A DNA stretch of 64,000 nt, from assembly GCA_052168235.1 (NCBI GenBank), contig JBQLZK010000029.1:1-64000 (forward strand). Direction: 5' to 3'. This DNA comes from Thainema sp. (GTDB taxonomy: Bacteria; Cyanobacteriota; Cyanobacteriia; Phormidesmidales; Phormidesmidaceae). Positions 1 to 12,698 of this stretch are shown here, in pieces. Both the position numbers and the translations under genes were made by a program. Each line of letters begins with the position of its first letter. Position 1 is the first letter of the stretch. Below the pieces are notes generated by a model. The model saw nothing but the letters and a program-made list of their open reading frames with translations. It had not been told where the DNA came from and made no database searches.

Positions 1-148
1 TTCACTTTACGCACTCATCTCCCGAACAACATCGGTTTTCGGATAGGTTCTAAGTCATAACTTGTTGATGAAAGCTGCGATCGCACTATAGAAATATTCC
101 AAACGAACCTGAATAATAGAGACTCAGTCGTTTACGGAATAGAAACTC

Positions 149-1351
149 ATGGGTCGCGCTGATAAAGTTGTGCTGGCATATTCTGGGGGTGTAGATACCT
201 CCGTATGCATTCCCTATCTCAAAGAAGAATGGGGCGTGAAAGAAGTAATCACCCTGGCAGCCGATCTAGGTCAGGGCGATGAACTGGAACCCATCCGTCA
301 AAAAGCGCTCAATTCGGGCGCAAGTGAATCTTTGGTAATCGATGGTCGGGCCGATTTCATTAAGGATTACGCATTTCCCTCCATTCAAGCCAATGCGCTC
401 TACGAAAATCGCTATCCCTTGTCAACCGCGTTGGCTCGACCACTGATTGCCAAAATGCTGGTAGAAGCCGCTGAGAAGTACGGTGCTGATGCTGTTGCCC
501 ACGGCTGCACGGGTAAAGGCAATGACCAGGTTCGCTTCGACGTTTCCATTGCGGCCCTCAACCCGAATATCAAGGTACTCGCTCCCGCGCGGGAATGGGG
601 CATGAGCCGCGAACAAACCATTGCCTACGGCGAACAGTTTGGCATCCCCACTCCCGTGAAGAAGTCCTCGCCGTACAGCATTGACCGTAACTTGCTCGGT
701 CGCAGTATCGAAGCTGGCCCGCTGGAAGATCCCTGGTATGAAGCCACCGAAGAAGTGTTCGTGATGACGGGTTCCCTCGAAGACAGCCCCAACGAGCCGG
801 AGTATGTCGAAATCACCTTCGAAAAGGGCATTCCTGTTGCCGTTAATGGTGAAGGACTGGATGCGATCGCACTAGTCACCAAGCTGAACGAAATTGTCGG
901 TCGGCACAACGTGGGCCGCATCGACATGATCGAAAATCGCCTGGTCGGCATCAAGTCGCGGGAAATCTACGAAGCGCCAGCGCTGATGGTGCTGATTCTG
1001 GCCCACCGCGATCTGGAAAGCATGGCCCTCACCGCCGATGTCACCCAGTACAAGCGAGGCATTGAGCAAACCTACAGCGAAATTGTCTACAACGGCCTCT
1101 GGTATAGCCCGCTCAAGTTGGCACTAGATGCGTTTATTCAGCAGACCCAAGAGCGGGTGAGCGGCACCGTGCGGGTGAAGCTGTTCAAGGGCAACGCCAT
1201 GGTGGTCGGTCGCAAGTGTGACAATGCGCTCTATTCGCCTGAACTCGCCACCTACAGCGATGACGATATGTTTGACCATAAGGCGGCTGAAGGCTTCATT
1301 TATGTTTGGGGCTTGCCGACTCGTGTGTGGTCAGAGAAGACTCGCTCTTAG
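149..1351 (+). CDS. argG: Argininosuccinate synthase
   Basis: [26 protein letters not shown] and [11 protein letters not shown] signatures; 400 aa. Confidence 0.98.
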   Translation: MGRADKVVLAYSGGVDTSVCIPYLKEEWGVKEVITLAADLGQGDELEPIRQKALNSGASESLVIDGRADFIKDYAFPSIQANALYENRYPLSTALARPLIAKMLVEAAEKYGADAVAHGCTGKGNDQVRFDVSIAALNPNIKVLAPAREWGMSREQTIAYGEQFGIPTPVKKSSPYSIDRNLLGRSIEAGPLEDPWYEATEEVFVMTGSLEDSPNEPEYVEITFEKGIPVAVNGEGLDAIALVTKLNEIVGRHNVGRIDMIENRLVGIKSREIYEAPALMVLILAHRDLESMALTADVTQYKRGIEQTYSEIVYNGLWYSPLKLALDAFIQQTQERVSGTVRVKLFKGNAMVVGRKCDNALYSPELATYSDDDMFDHKAAEGFIYVWGLPTRVWSEKTRS

Positions 1352-1467
1352 GTTCGCGAATTCAGGCACTTGTGCCCTTGACAGGCACTGCAACCAGAGG
1401 GCTAGACACTTTTTAAACCGTCACCTGAGTTTTTCGTTTCCGCGATAGGCGATTTAGACTGCTATCA

Positions 1468-1537
1468 GGTGTGAGGAGGAACGCAGAAAAAGGCTCTGGG
1501 GGTCGAAACACGGACAGACTCCCTGGAGCCTTTTTTT
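1468..1537 (+). ncRNA. yfr2: Yfr2 (cyano-1) family small RNA
   Basis: 5' GGTGTGAGGAG leader, then stem AAAAAGGCTCTGGGGGTC / GACTCCCTGGAGCCTTTTTT with loop GAAACACGGACA; TAGACT -10-like box at 1455-1460. Matches the Yfr2 architecture as recalled; no covariance model run. Confidence 0.75.
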
Positions 1538-1571
1538 GTTGCTTATGCTGTTGTGCTGATCTTAGGAACAG

Positions 1572-2411
1572 TTATTCTGCTTCACTAAAGCTAAAGAGAA
1601 ACGGAACGCTGCTATTTTTATCACCACCCGTTACTAGCACTCTTGGCATTTGAGCGCCGCCTTCTCGCCATGCTTCAATCGCTTCTTTTTGGAGAACTAA
1701 TTCTCCTCCTTGCGCTTTCAATGTTTCCGCTAACAAACGCTGAGCTTCTGCTTTACCTTTTGCTCGATTAATATCAGCTTGGGCCTGTTGTTCTGCTTCT
1801 TTAGCAACGTATACCGCTCTACGAGCGCGTTGTTCTGCGATTTGTTTTTCTTCGACTGCGCGAGCAAACTCAGGTGAAAAATTCAGATCAACCACACTAG
1901 TATCAAGTACGATGATGCCGTATTTTTCTAGGCGTGCATTTAGAGCCATATCAAAGTCTTGTTTAAGCTCATTTCGCTGAGTAATGGCTTCTTCGACTGT
2001 ACGCAATGCTGCCGCGATTTTGAAGGACTCTTGGGTCTGGGGAGCAATGATTTTAGCAACGATATTTTGCAAAGTTCCCTGAGTTCGTCTAATTTTTACG
2101 ACCTCTGTTGGATCGAGCCGAAAGTTAATGGCAAAGCTAGCAGACAAATTTTGCAAATCTTTGGTGGAGCTTTGAGCCGGAACTTCAAACTTTTGTACTG
2201 TGATGTCGTAAACATCAACGGTTGAAATCAGCGGGGGCTTAAAATGGACACCTTCGAGTAGAGGAGCGTTTTGTGCTTTACCTAAAATACTCAGTACGCC
2301 AGCCTGTCCAGGATTGACGATAATTACGCTACTGGCGGCAACAATGCCAACCACTGTAACGACGATCGCAAGTGCGATCGCTTGCCAGCTCACTTGTTGT
2401 TGATTGCTCAA
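1572..2411 (-). CDS. SPFH/band 7 (prohibitin-like) membrane protein
   Basis: N-terminal TM helix, STKDLQ motif, FSPEFARAVEEKQIAEQ coiled coil. Confidence 0.92.
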   Translation of the reverse strand: MSNQQQVSWQAIALAIVVTVVGIVAASSVIIVNPGQAGVLSILGKAQNAPLLEGVHFKPPLISTVDVYDITVQKFEVPAQSSTKDLQNLSASFAINFRLDPTEVVKIRRTQGTLQNIVAKIIAPQTQESFKIAAALRTVEEAITQRNELKQDFDMALNARLEKYGIIVLDTSVVDLNFSPEFARAVEEKQIAEQRARRAVYVAKEAEQQAQADINRAKGKAEAQRLLAETLKAQGGELVLQKEAIEAWREGGAQMPRVLVTGGDKNSSVPFLFSFSEAE

Positions 2412-2446
2412 CGGTCTATTTCTCCTTACGAATCAATTAATCTTCC

Positions 2447-2545
2447 AAGTAGCTAATGAATAAATACCTATCTAAAAATCGGGGAAGCGCCCCGGAGGAG
2501 CACTCCCCCGATTTTTAGATGCGTTTATTTATGCCAGCCTACTTA
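2447..2545. repeat. ~100-bp palindromic dispersed repeat, family A (copy 1, inverted relative to the other copies)
   Basis: AAGTAGCT..ATAAATA..ATCTAAAAATCGGGG..CCCCGATTTTTAGATGCGTTTATTTATGCCAGCCTACTTA; similar to 30203-30306 and 62719-62823. Confidence 0.85.
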
Positions 2546-2664
2546 CACTTGAACAAAAACTTAAAAGTCGATACTTTATCGCCGCAATGCAGTGACAAAA
2601 TACCGACTTCTAGGTTTAGAAAATGCACAATATTAGCTGCTTAACGAGATCTAAATTTACTGAT

Positions 2665-3723
2665 CTACTGATCATTGGGTAGCCCAATCAACTCACCTTG
2701 ACCTGCCACAACTGTGCCAATCACGTGAGCATTGATCCCTTGCTCCACCAACCAATCAATTGTGACTGTGGCATGGCTAGCTGGAACAATGAGGACAAAC
2801 CCGATTCCCATGTTAAAGGTGTTGAACATTTCTGACAGCTTAACGCTACCTGCCTTAGCTAGCCATCGAAAAACAGGCGGAATTTGCCAGTTTGACAAAT
2901 CAAGCTGAATACTCTGCTGTTCACCTAAGCAGCGGGGCAAATTTTCCGGCAGTCCACCGCCCGTAATATGAGCCATGCCGTGAATGGGAATACCACTGCG
3001 AAGTGCCTGCAAAATGGGCTTCACGTAGATTTGAGTAGGCGTCAAAAAGACATCGCTCAAACTGCGTCCACCCAGTTCATCTGGCCGATCCTCCCAGGCA
3101 AATCCACCATCGGGTTGCGTTCCCAACGGTGATTCGGCAACGATTTTACGGACAAGGCTATAGCCATTGCTGTGGACACCACTGCTGGGTAATGCGATCG
3201 CAACATCGCCAATTTGCACCTGAGCACCATCTAAGATGGCTGATTTTTCCACGATGCCAACGCAAAATCCGGCCAAATCGTACTCTCCCGGCTGGTAGAA
3301 ACCCGGCATTTCTGCCGTCTCTCCCCCCAACAGGGCACAGCCTGCCTGCTGGCATCCGGTGGCAATCCCTTCCACTACGTCGGTGAGCTGATCCGGTTCC
3401 AGTTTGCCCGTTGCCACATAGTCCAGAAAAAACAGTGGTTCCGCGCCACAGGTCAGAATATCGTTGGCGCACATAGCGACCAAATCAATGCCGACGGTTT
3501 TATGCTGATTCAGCGTATGGGCCAGCTTCAGCTTAGTGCCAACGCCGTCCGTGCCTGAAACGAGAACAGGTTCTTGATAGCCCGTCGGCAACTGAAAAAG
3601 TCCACCGAATCCACCAATTCCACCCAGTACTCCCGGTCGAGTGGTTGCCGATACAAGGTTACGAATCCGTTGAACGAAGGCGCGACCTGCGACTACATCC
3701 ACTCCGGCTGCCTGATAATCCAT
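2665..3723 (-). CDS. purM: Phosphoribosylformylglycinamidine cyclo-ligase (AIR synthetase)
   Basis: [47 protein letters not shown]. Confidence 0.98.
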   Translation of the reverse strand: MDYQAAGVDVVAGRAFVQRIRNLVSATTRPGVLGGIGGFGGLFQLPTGYQEPVLVSGTDGVGTKLKLAHTLNQHKTVGIDLVAMCANDILTCGAEPLFFLDYVATGKLEPDQLTDVVEGIATGCQQAGCALLGGETAEMPGFYQPGEYDLAGFCVGIVEKSAILDGAQVQIGDVAIALPSSGVHSNGYSLVRKIVAESPLGTQPDGGFAWEDRPDELGGRSLSDVFLTPTQIYVKPILQALRSGIPIHGMAHITGGGLPENLPRCLGEQQSIQLDLSNWQIPPVFRWLAKAGSVKLSEMFNTFNMGIGFVLIVPASHATVTIDWLVEQGINAHVIGTVVAGQGELIGLPNDQ

Positions 3724-4265
3724 AACGTTCCTGCTTTTCTAGTATGTTTGACCTGCTGTAAACAGAGGCATCTTCAAAAATCATCACCTGAATATCCCTA
3801 GCCATCCGATATTGCGGTCGAAATATCCATCCGTTACCCCGATCTATCCTGAAGGCGACCATCAAAAAATGGTTCAGGCCGTGATTCATGTCACAGGTTA
3901 TCAATATTTTGCATTGCGATCGCAACCCGCTGTAGCCCCCTAAATTGCAGGCTAGACGCCCAGTTTATAAGAAAACGAAATTTAATTGATAAGATTTTTT
4001 GAACTATCGTTATCTTTCTTGATCCTCGACAACCCCAATCCGTTGCCCTCTAAGAGGTGAAGCAGATCTATACACTGATTTCAATCGATGCTTCGACACG
4101 ATTCCACGCATGTTCCCGGATCTCTTGGGGAAAGAGTTCATGCTAGTCTGGTTCACCGTAGAGAGTTAAAGCGAATTGAGTTCGCCTTTTTCGTGTTTGG
4201 CTCGCGGTATCTCACACGCTTATACCGTCTCAGAGCAGTTGTTCTCGACGATTTCAAATAGGCTT

Positions 4266-5396
4266 ATGAGTCGAAAAATTTTAAGCAGTGTGGTTGCAGC
4301 AATCGTTGTTTCGACCCTTGCAACTCCACTGGCCAGTCAGGCTAACACTACTAGCGATACGGATGCCATCCGTCAGACGGTAGAAGTTGAGCCTGAGGCA
4401 GACCCTCCCAGTACGCCCGCAGACGGTCGCCTAGCGGTTTCGGTTCCCCGAGAAGGGTCAGACCAAGAAACAGTCAAGGTGGCTCGTTCTGCGACCAAGG
4501 TAGGAGAACGGCATGTCGAAGCAGCCGTTGAATCTCAAGTTGAAGCTGCGATCGCGCAGATTCAGTCCCACACGATGGGAGATAGAGAAGCCGCAACGCT
4601 TTATGTTCGCGGCATCCCAGTCTTTACCTTTATCGGCAATGAAGTCGATTCAGAGAGTGATGTGAAGGTGGGAGAAACTGGAGCCGTAGCACCAACTACT
4701 CAGCCCAACGCTGAGTCCAAGAATTCCCCAGCGGAAGTGCTTCTGACTCAGGCCACGGATCAAGCAGTTGGAGATGCTGTTGATTCTTCTGATCCGGTCT
4801 GGAAGGCATCTGAGCTGGCCGCTCGGATTAACCAACTACACCGTGAAGGCGTTGACCCAACTGCGATCGCAGTTGAATGGCAGGAGGACGACCAATATCT
4901 TATCACTGTCTCCGATCAGCCTCTGCTTGAATTTGGCGGTGATGTGATCTTACCGGATACAACGCAAGATATTGCGGAAGATGCCCTGCAAGCCACCAAT
5001 CGCTTACGCCGCCTCCTAGGTGGGACAGAGTCGTTATCCGCAATTGAAGGATTACCCGAATCACGACCTACCCCGTCATCTGTAGCCTTTCGGGCTAGCG
5101 GCATGGCGTCCTGGTATGGCCCTGGCTTTCACGGCAACCGCAGTGCCAGTGGCGAAATATTCGACCAGAATGCGCTAACAGCAGCCCATCGCACCCTGCC
5201 ATTTGGTACTCATGTTCGAGTCACAAATGTACAAAGTGGTGAGTCCGTTGTCGTCCGCATTAACGATCGAGGCCCTTACAGTCATGGTCGTGTAATCGAT
5301 CTCTCGGCGGGAGCCGCACGAGCCATTGGCCTAGTTCGGCTTGGCGTTGCCCCAGTGCAACTGGATGTCGTTGAGCCAACCGCCAGCGGCGAATAA
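4266..5396 (+). CDS. rlpA: Septal ring lytic transglycosylase RlpA family protein with a long N-terminal extension
   Basis: C-terminal ASWYGPGFHG..TAAHRTLPFGT..RINDRGP..RVIDLS DPBB domain; signal-peptide-like N-terminus from ATG 4266. Confidence 0.9.
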   Translation: MSRKILSSVVAAIVVSTLATPLASQANTTSDTDAIRQTVEVEPEADPPSTPADGRLAVSVPREGSDQETVKVARSATKVGERHVEAAVESQVEAAIAQIQSHTMGDREAATLYVRGIPVFTFIGNEVDSESDVKVGETGAVAPTTQPNAESKNSPAEVLLTQATDQAVGDAVDSSDPVWKASELAARINQLHREGVDPTAIAVEWQEDDQYLITVSDQPLLEFGGDVILPDTTQDIAEDALQATNRLRRLLGGTESLSAIEGLPESRPTPSSVAFRASGMASWYGPGFHGNRSASGEIFDQNALTAAHRTLPFGTHVRVTNVQSGESVVVRINDRGPYSHGRVIDLSAGAARAIGLVRLGVAPVQLDVVEPTASGE

Positions 5397-5459
5397 GTTC
5401 AACAAGAAGGTTCGTTTTCGCCAAGATGCTTGCAGTGCAAGCATCTTGATAATCTTCAC

Positions 5460-5506
5460 AAATGAAAAAGAGAGGAAATGTCCTGCACTTCCTCTCTTTT
5501 TCATTT
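5460..5506. terminator. Probable bidirectional terminator between convergent rlpA and secA
   Basis: AAATGAAAAAGAGAGGAA..TTCCTCTCTTTTTCATTT inverted repeat. Confidence 0.7.
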
Positions 5507-5518
5507 GGATTTTAGGGC

Positions 5519-8311
5519 TTAAACCGTTTCAGATGTTTGCTTGACGGTTGCGGGCTGAGCCTGGGGTTGGAACTGGAAGAGTGAGTAAACTACATTACGA
5601 CGGATGGCCGTCATCATATCGAGGAATAACTCATATCCCTCACTCTTATATTCAATCAGCGGATCTTTTTGGCCGTAGCCTCTAAGTCCGACGGATTCCC
5701 GCAGCGCATCCATCTGCTGAAGGTGCTCTCGCCAGAGCACATCAATTTGCTGCAGGATGTAGAACCGCTCCGCCTGGCGCATTAGATCCGGCTGCAACTG
5801 ATCTACCTCTGCCTCTTTCTTGTCATAAGCAATCCGCACCTGCTCATGCAAGAAGGTTTTAATCTCACCTATTGACAGATCTTCGAGCTGGCTCGGCTCC
5901 ATATCCTGAAGCAGATAGACAAATTCTTTCACCTTCTCAACTAGCTTATCGAGCTGCCATTCTTCCGACGGCAGTTCCGGATTGACATAGTATTCCACAA
6001 TGTCATCCATCGTCTGCTCAGCATACTTAATCACCTGCTCTTTGAGATCTTGTCCCTCAAGCACACGGCGACGCTCAGCATAAATAGCGCGACGCTGGTT
6101 ATTCATCACCTCGTCGTACTCGAAGACCTGCTTCCGAATATCGTAGTAGTAGGTTTCGACTTTCTTCTGGGCGTTTTCTAGCGATCGCGTTAATAAACGA
6201 GACTCAATCGGCATGTCCTCTTCCACGCGGAACGCATTCATCATGCCCGCAACGCGGTCGCCGCCGAAAATACGCAGCAGGTTATCTTGCAAGCTGAGGA
6301 AAAAGCGCGTCGACCCTGGGTCGCCTTGGCGGCCCGCTCGACCTCGGAGCTGGTTGTCGATGCGGCGGGATTCATGTCGCTCCGTACCAATAACGTGCAG
6401 TCCGCCTAGTTCAACCACCTCATCATGCTCAGCTTCAGTGAGAACTTCATATTCCTTCTGAATCAGCTCATAGGCAGCCCGCAACTTTAGAATCACCTGA
6501 TTTTCCGTCGGCGCTTTTTCTGATGCGGTCGCAACCAAGTCCTCAGCCTGCAGTTCGGGTAGGCTCTGCTCCCCATACTCTTGAACAGCGGTATCTACTG
6601 CTTCCTTCAGCAAACGCTCGGCCTCAGTGGACAGGTCGGTTGGGAAAATCTGAGACGACACTTTCCAGCTCTTCACTTTTTTACCTGGAGTAAAGCCTTG
6701 CGCCTTAGCAGACGACTTCACACCAGCAACAGACGCAACTGAAAATCCGTCCTCCTCCTCTGGCTTCACAATCCGGGGCATTAAATACTCCCGCATTTTC
6801 AGACGAGCCATGTAGTCGGAGTTACCACCCAAGATGATATCGGTTCCTCGACCCGCCATGTTAGTTGCGATCGTAACCGTTCCCTTACGACCTGCCTGAG
6901 CCACAATCTCAGATTCCCGCTCAACATTTTCTGGCTTAGCGTTCAGCAGATTATGGGGAACATTCAGCTCACTCAGCAAGTGAGACAGCAGCTCTGATTT
7001 CTCGACGCTGGTGGTACCAACCAAAACAGGTCGGCCCCGTTCGTGCATCTCAGCACATTCTTCTGCCACCGCTTTCCACTTAGCAGCTTCGGTTTTGTAG
7101 ACAACATCTGAAATATCTTGGCGTCGAATCGAACGATTGGTTGGAACAATCGTTACTTCTAGTTCGTAGATTTTCTCAAACTCTGTTTCTTCCGTCTTAG
7201 CCGTTCCGGTCATTCCAGCCAGTTTAGGGTACAGCAGGAAGAAGTTTTGGTAGGTAATTGTAGCCAGCGTTTGAGTTTCTGGCTGAATGTCAACATGCTC
7301 TTTCGCTTCGATCGCTTGGTGCAGACCATCGCTCCAGCGGCGACCTGGCATTACCCGCCCAGTAAACTCATCGACAATGACAATCTCGTCATTGCGAACG
7401 ATATAGTTCACGTCCTTAGTAAAAAGTTCTTTGGCCTTAATCGCGTTGAAGATGTAGTGCGCCCAGGGATCTTTCGGATCAAATAGATCCTGCACATTCA
7501 ATAGCTTTTCGGACTGGATGAAACCTTCATCGGTTAGCAAAACGTTACGAGCCTTTTCATCAACCTCATAATGTTCCTCACTATTCAAGCTGCTAGCGAC
7601 TTCAGCCGCCTGAATGTATTTTTCACTAGGCCGATCCACCTGACCGGAAATGATCAGCGGCGTACGAGCTTCATCAATCAGCACCGAGTCAACTTCGTCA
7701 ATTACACAAAAGTTGAAGGGCCGCTGCACCACCTGCGACATGTCCTTCGCCATGTTGTCGCGCAGATAATCAAAACCAAATTCACTGTTCGTTCCATAGG
7801 TGATGTCGCAGGCGTAGTTTTTACGCCGTTCTTCTGGAGACATGCCCTGCTGAATCAAGCCAACGCTAAGCCCTAAGAAGCGATGGACTTGGCCCATCCA
7901 CTCAGCGTCTCGTCGAGCCAGGTAGTCGTTGACCGTAACAACATGAGCCCCTTTTCCGGTTAACGCATTCAAATAGGTCGGCAGGGTCGCAACTAGAGTT
8001 TTACCTTCCCCGGTTTTCATCTCAGCGATCTGGCCGTCATGCAGCACCATACCGCCAATCAGCTGGACATCAAAATGTCGCATCCCTAACACACGCCATG
8101 CCGCTTCACGGACAACGGCAAACGCTTCAGTCAGCAAATCGTCCAATGATTCACCGTTTTCCAGCCGCTGCTTAAATTCGGCGGTTTTACCCGACAGCTC
8201 CTCATCAGACAGAGGCCGAATTTCTTCTTCTAATAAATTAACCTCTTTAACTTCTGGCTCATAGCGTTTTAGCTTACGAGTGTTGGGATCGCCTAATAGT
8301 TTCTTCAGCAT
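5519..8311 (-). CDS. secA: Preprotein translocase ATPase SecA
   Basis: [48 protein letters not shown]; cyanobacterial-type insertion after [10 protein letters not shown]. Confidence 0.99.
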   Translation of the reverse strand: MLKKLLGDPNTRKLKRYEPEVKEVNLLEEEIRPLSDEELSGKTAEFKQRLENGESLDDLLTEAFAVVREAAWRVLGMRHFDVQLIGGMVLHDGQIAEMKTGEGKTLVATLPTYLNALTGKGAHVVTVNDYLARRDAEWMGQVHRFLGLSVGLIQQGMSPEERRKNYACDITYGTNSEFGFDYLRDNMAKDMSQVVQRPFNFCVIDEVDSVLIDEARTPLIISGQVDRPSEKYIQAAEVASSLNSEEHYEVDEKARNVLLTDEGFIQSEKLLNVQDLFDPKDPWAHYIFNAIKAKELFTKDVNYIVRNDEIVIVDEFTGRVMPGRRWSDGLHQAIEAKEHVDIQPETQTLATITYQNFFLLYPKLAGMTGTAKTEETEFEKIYELEVTIVPTNRSIRRQDISDVVYKTEAAKWKAVAEECAEMHERGRPVLVGTTSVEKSELLSHLLSELNVPHNLLNAKPENVERESEIVAQAGRKGTVTIATNMAGRGTDIILGGNSDYMARLKMREYLMPRIVKPEEEDGFSVASVAGVKSSAKAQGFTPGKKVKSWKVSSQIFPTDLSTEAERLLKEAVDTAVQEYGEQSLPELQAEDLVATASEKAPTENQVILKLRAAYELIQKEYEVLTEAEHDEVVELGGLHVIGTERHESRRIDNQLRGRAGRQGDPGSTRFFLSLQDNLLRIFGGDRVAGMMNAFRVEEDMPIESRLLTRSLENAQKKVETYYYDIRKQVFEYDEVMNNQRRAIYAERRRVLEGQDLKEQVIKYAEQTMDDIVEYYVNPELPSEEWQLDKLVEKVKEFVYLLQDMEPSQLEDLSIGEIKTFLHEQVRIAYDKKEAEVDQLQPDLMRQAERFYILQQIDVLWREHLQQMDALRESVGLRGYGQKDPLIEYKSEGYELFLDMMTAIRRNVVYSLFQFQPQAQPATVKQTSETV

Positions 8312-8592
8312 GTCAAGTTCGGAGACGCGATTAAATTAAGACTTCAGCTATTTCATGCCGTATCAAAAAATTACGGTTTGGAAAATCCAGCACGAACGCC
8401 TCATTTACTGTCACAGATCAAGTGACTCTGGTAAACACGGCTAAGTATAGATAATTCTTTGTAATCTTATCTATAGTATCATCTGCATTTCTCTCTGCCG
8501 TTGAGCACAAGGTGCGGATATTGCGCTGGTCTAGTCAAGCAAAAAACGGTAAAGGCTTACAGACGAACAAGAAATGGGTTAGGAAGAATAGT

Positions 8593-8619
8593 AAAGGGGT
8601 TGCGATCGCAACCCCTTTT
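8593..8619 (-). terminator. Terminator-like perfect palindrome downstream of rpoC2, centred on HIP1
   Basis: AAAGGGGTTGCGATCGCAACCCCTTT, about 25 bp past the rpoC2 stop. Confidence 0.65.
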
Positions 8620-8643
8620 GTTCTGGCAACTCAGCTTAGCGGA

Positions 8644-11600
8644 TTAATAGTCCAGATCATCATCAATGATATCTGGGTGACCGCTGCCACCGTTACCGCC
8701 ATCGCGTCCACCAGCCAGATCGCGACCCGATGCCTTAAAGACATCAAATCCGCCTTCTAAGTCATATGTACGAGCAGTCCGATCATCGAGGACAACATCT
8801 TCCAGGTTCTCATCAAAAACCGTTCCCTCATAGGTGATATCGACCTCAGGAGCAGCTTGCTCCTCATAGGCGTTGAAGCCCGTACCTGCCGGAATCAAAC
8901 GACCAATGATCACATTTTCTTTGAGACCCCGCAGCCAGTCTGATTTACCTTCAATAGCAGCCTCTGTTAGTACCCGCGTTGTCTCCTGGAAACTCGCAGC
9001 CGAGATAAAGCTATCGGTATTCAGGGATGCCTTTGTAATACCCAGCAGAACAGGGGTATACACGGCTGGTGCACCACCTGTGATGGACATAGCCTCATTC
9101 ACCTGCTCAACCTGATACAGCTCGACCAGTTCTCCTGGCAGCATCGTGGTGTCACCACCATCATCAATGCGAGCCTTTGAGGTCATCTGTCGGACAATCA
9201 CCTCAATGTGCTTATCCGAAATGTCAATCCCCTGGGATTGATATACCGACTGAACTTCAGTCACCAAGAAGGTTTGCACCTCCTGTAAGCTGATGAGTGC
9301 AGCTTCATGGGATCCCAACGATTCTCGATAGAAATCAAAGAAAATCTCTAAAATTTCGTGGGGGTTAGCAGGGCCATCCGTCAGCGGTTCAGCCGCCCGG
9401 ACTTCCTGCCCATCAGAGACAATTAACGGCTGACCAGGTCCAACAGGATATTCTGTGATTACTCCGTCATCTTCAATGACCTTAACTTCAACCGTTTCAT
9501 CCTCGTTATAGACGACTTGAGCCGTCCCAGGCCGTCGCGACAAAATGCAGGCTTCCTTCGGTTTACGAGCTTCTAGTAGCTCTTCGATTCGAGGTAGACC
9601 CTGAATAATATCCCCGGTCTTCGTGCGCTCAAAAATCAGCAGTACAAGGTTGTCACCCCGTTGCACCAGGTCGCCATCTTCAATGTGCAAGACCGCACCC
9701 GATGATACGCGATAGGGACGAGCCATGCGCAAAACAACACGGTCATCTGTGATTTCAACAACCTGACCCGATTCTTCGATCTGGACACTTTCGGCTACAA
9801 AATCTCTATCAACCAGTAGGTCACCAACGGCAACAGTCGGCTTTTGTCCTTGCAGTTCAACCGTAAAGCGGTCAGCATTCCGCACAACCAGAACCCGACG
9901 AATCGCTTCGACGCCTTCACGAATTCCTCGGATTTCGCCTTCTTCTTTACATTGGATTTCCGTCCGAGCAACAACCGCTCCTGGCGAAATCTGCTCACCA
10001 TCCTCAACTAACAGACGAGTACTGGTGCGACCTTGGGTTTGATCGGCAATGACATCGCGCCGAATTACCAGTGATTCTAAGATGACGAGCTGAAGCCGCA
10101 ACCGATCTTCATCAGTTTCGTCTGGAATCAGCTCAATATCAGCAGCCAAATGGGGCGCTTCTGTACCGATTTCTAGCACCAGCTGAGTTCTTAGTAGTTC
10201 TAGTCCCTCAACTGATTTAACCCGCTCACCATCTTTGAACGGAATCCGCTGAATTGCGCGTAGGCTAATAGCACGGCCCGATTCTTCACTGACTGACTCT
10301 TGACTGGGTACAGATGGCTCATCTGGTACAGCGAATTCAATGATCGGTCGCAGCAGTACTGCAGGTCCTTCGGGAGACTCGACGTACTCCAGATAACATA
10401 GTTCTTCTGCCGCTAATCCAGCAACGATTTCTTCTCCAGCATTGATCAGCGAACCGTCCTTCTTGGAAGCGGTTTCCGGATCATCTACCATATGGAGATT
10501 GCCAGGCTTAATGACGATTTCCCGGAGAATATCGTTTTTCTGTGTCACCTCGACAACACCGCTGCTTTGACAGAAGATATCTTTGACAACTTCTGTGCCT
10601 GCCTCAACATATTGCCCGTCTTCAACCAGGAGGAGAGAGATATCCTTATTCACCTCATGGGCTTCTTCCGGAATCCAGAGTAGAGTACCACCTTTAACGA
10701 CTTCATAGCCCTGCTTGGCTTTCCCTCGCTTAGCAACCTCAACACCGGAGTATTTGATGATGCCACCAGTCTGTGTATGGTACGTATCATCAATTAGCTC
10801 AGCTACGACCTGATGGTTGGTAACTTTTGTCCCAGGAGCTGCAATTAGAGAGAACATTTGACCGTTCTGAGTCTCAATCAGGTAATGTTCCCGACCCTGA
10901 GAACTCTCAACTCGGACTTGAGCTTGATCCAATAAGACCGATGCCGTAATAATTTCAACTTCACGGCCACCACGACCTTCTTGCTCAAATTCTTGAGGTA
11001 AACGGACGACACCACCGTGCTCAGTGATTAGCTTGGTCTCAGCCAGAATACTGCCTTCCTGAACGCGATCGCCATTTTTAACCACCGGCTCCGCACCGGG
11101 CGGTAAGTTATACACCTCACCCGACAGCACCCATATCAAACCGCCCCGCTGAGCAATCCGGGTGGTGTTACCTTGACGGTCTTTCTTCTCCTCTTGAACC
11201 AGATCAGCAAATTTAACTTCTCCGGCTAAATCAGAGGTGACGTCCTTACTAGCCCGCTCAGTTACTTTGCGACCACGACCTGTGGTTTGAATTTCAGCAA
11301 CCAGTTGTCCCTCTGTAACGCGATCGCCATCGTTGACAAATAGAATCGAGCCCTGAGTCAACTGGAAGTTCTTCTTCTTACCGCCATCGGATTCGAGGGA
11401 AATCGTTGTATTTGTTTCAACAACGAGGGCATCTTCTCCGTGCCTAGTTCGGAAGGGGCGAGTCCGGATCTTCTTAGACAGAGTAATGGTGCCTTCAAAG
11501 GGAGCTCGCACTTGAGGAGCTCGTTCCCCAGTAAATGCACCACCTGTATGGAACGTCCGCATCGTTAGCTGCGTACCGGGTTCACCAATGGACTGAGCTG

Positions 11601-12591
11601 CGATGATACCCACAGCTTCACCCAAATCAACCATCTGGGCATGAGCCAGGCTCCAGCCATAGCAGCGCTGACATACAGATCGGGTTGCTTCACAGGTCAA
11701 GGGCGATCGCACTCGCACTTCTTGAATACCTGTATCAATAATGATCTTAGCCAAATCATCGGAGATGTCTTGATTGCGCGCTGCAACCACTTCACCTGTA
11801 TTGGGATCAACGATATCTTGTGCAAGAACGCGACCGAATAGCTTGTCTTCTAGCGAGATCAAAACGCGCTCGCCATCGGTCATGCTAGCTAACGGAATGC
11901 TGCGGTCAGTACCACAGTCTAGTTCACGGATGATGACATCCTGAGACACGTCAACCAGACGACGAGTGAGATAACCTGAATCCGCTGTTCTCAGCGCTGT
12001 ATCAACCAGCCCTTTCCGCGCACCATAGGAAGAAATGACGTACTCAGTCACCGTTAATCCTTCCCGGAAATTGGTTTTAATGGGAATGTCAATGATCTCA
12101 CCCTGCGGGTTTGCCATCAAACCTCGCATTCCCACAAGCTGACGTACTTGAGAGATATTGCCTCGTGCACCGGAGAACGCCATCATATAGACCGAGTTCA
12201 ACGGGCTGTTAATCTTAAAGTTTTTGACAACCTCGTCTTTCAGTTCTTCACTTGTGCCATTCCAGGTGTCAATAACTTTCTGAAAGCGCTCAACCTCTGT
12301 AATTTCGCCTCGGGTATAGCGATCTTCGGTTGCACGAATATCTTCTTCAGCAGATTCGAGAAGATTACGCTTGCTAGGTGGCACCTGTAGATCATCAACG
12401 CTGATCGATACACCAGCGCGAGTCGCATAGCGAAAGCCCAAATCTTTCAATTCGTCCGCCATTTGCGCGGTACGCGCAGTGCCATAATGCGTAAACGCCC
12501 AAGCAACTAGCTTTTTGAGTTGGCCCTTATCTACAACGCGGTTGCGAAAAATGTTGGGAGTTTCCGTTGGATTGTTGTGCTGTTCTGTCAT
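8644..12591 (-). CDS. rpoC2: RNA polymerase beta'' subunit
   Basis: [51 protein letters not shown]; large cyanobacterial SI3 insertion. Confidence 0.99.
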   Translation of the reverse strand: MTEQHNNPTETPNIFRNRVVDKGQLKKLVAWAFTHYGTARTAQMADELKDLGFRYATRAGVSISVDDLQVPPSKRNLLESAEEDIRATEDRYTRGEITEVERFQKVIDTWNGTSEELKDEVVKNFKINSPLNSVYMMAFSGARGNISQVRQLVGMRGLMANPQGEIIDIPIKTNFREGLTVTEYVISSYGARKGLVDTALRTADSGYLTRRLVDVSQDVIIRELDCGTDRSIPLASMTDGERVLISLEDKLFGRVLAQDIVDPNTGEVVAARNQDISDDLAKIIIDTGIQEVRVRSPLTCEATRSVCQRCYGWSLAHAQMVDLGEAVGIIAAQSIGEPGTQLTMRTFHTGGAFTGERAPQVRAPFEGTITLSKKIRTRPFRTRHGEDALVVETNTTISLESDGGKKKNFQLTQGSILFVNDGDRVTEGQLVAEIQTTGRGRKVTERASKDVTSDLAGEVKFADLVQEEKKDRQGNTTRIAQRGGLIWVLSGEVYNLPPGAEPVVKNGDRVQEGSILAETKLITEHGGVVRLPQEFEQEGRGGREVEIITASVLLDQAQVRVESSQGREHYLIETQNGQMFSLIAAPGTKVTNHQVVAELIDDTYHTQTGGIIKYSGVEVAKRGKAKQGYEVVKGGTLLWIPEEAHEVNKDISLLLVEDGQYVEAGTEVVKDIFCQSSGVVEVTQKNDILREIVIKPGNLHMVDDPETASKKDGSLINAGEEIVAGLAAEELCYLEYVESPEGPAVLLRPIIEFAVPDEPSVPSQESVSEESGRAISLRAIQRIPFKDGERVKSVEGLELLRTQLVLEIGTEAPHLAADIELIPDETDEDRLRLQLVILESLVIRRDVIADQTQGRTSTRLLVEDGEQISPGAVVARTEIQCKEEGEIRGIREGVEAIRRVLVVRNADRFTVELQGQKPTVAVGDLLVDRDFVAESVQIEESGQVVEITDDRVVLRMARPYRVSSGAVLHIEDGDLVQRGDNLVLLIFERTKTGDIIQGLPRIEELLEARKPKEACILSRRPGTAQVVYNEDETVEVKVIEDDGVITEYPVGPGQPLIVSDGQEVRAAEPLTDGPANPHEILEIFFDFYRESLGSHEAALISLQEVQTFLVTEVQSVYQSQGIDISDKHIEVIVRQMTSKARIDDGGDTTMLPGELVELYQVEQVNEAMSITGGAPAVYTPVLLGITKASLNTDSFISAASFQETTRVLTEAAIEGKSDWLRGLKENVIIGRLIPAGTGFNAYEEQAAPEVDITYEGTVFDENLEDVVLDDRTARTYDLEGGFDVFKASGRDLAGGRDGGNGGSGHPDIIDDDLDY

Positions 12592-12698
12592 AGTTCAGAC
12601 TAATCTGCCCCTCGAACGATTTGCATGGGATTGCATGGATGGGATAGAGACTTTGGATACGCTTGCCCATCGAAAAGCGACCAAAGATGTGAGCAAAC

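Noticed and set aside
3930..4265. c-di-AMP or other riboswitch upstream of rlpA
   Set aside because: No recognisable ydaO or other riboswitch consensus
6480..6790. Apparent insertion in SecA as a possible intein
   Set aside because: No C/S..HN intein termini; corresponds to the usual cyanobacterial/plastid SecA insertion
9600..11540. Very large insertion in RpoC2
   Set aside because: This is the known cyanobacterial SI3 domain array
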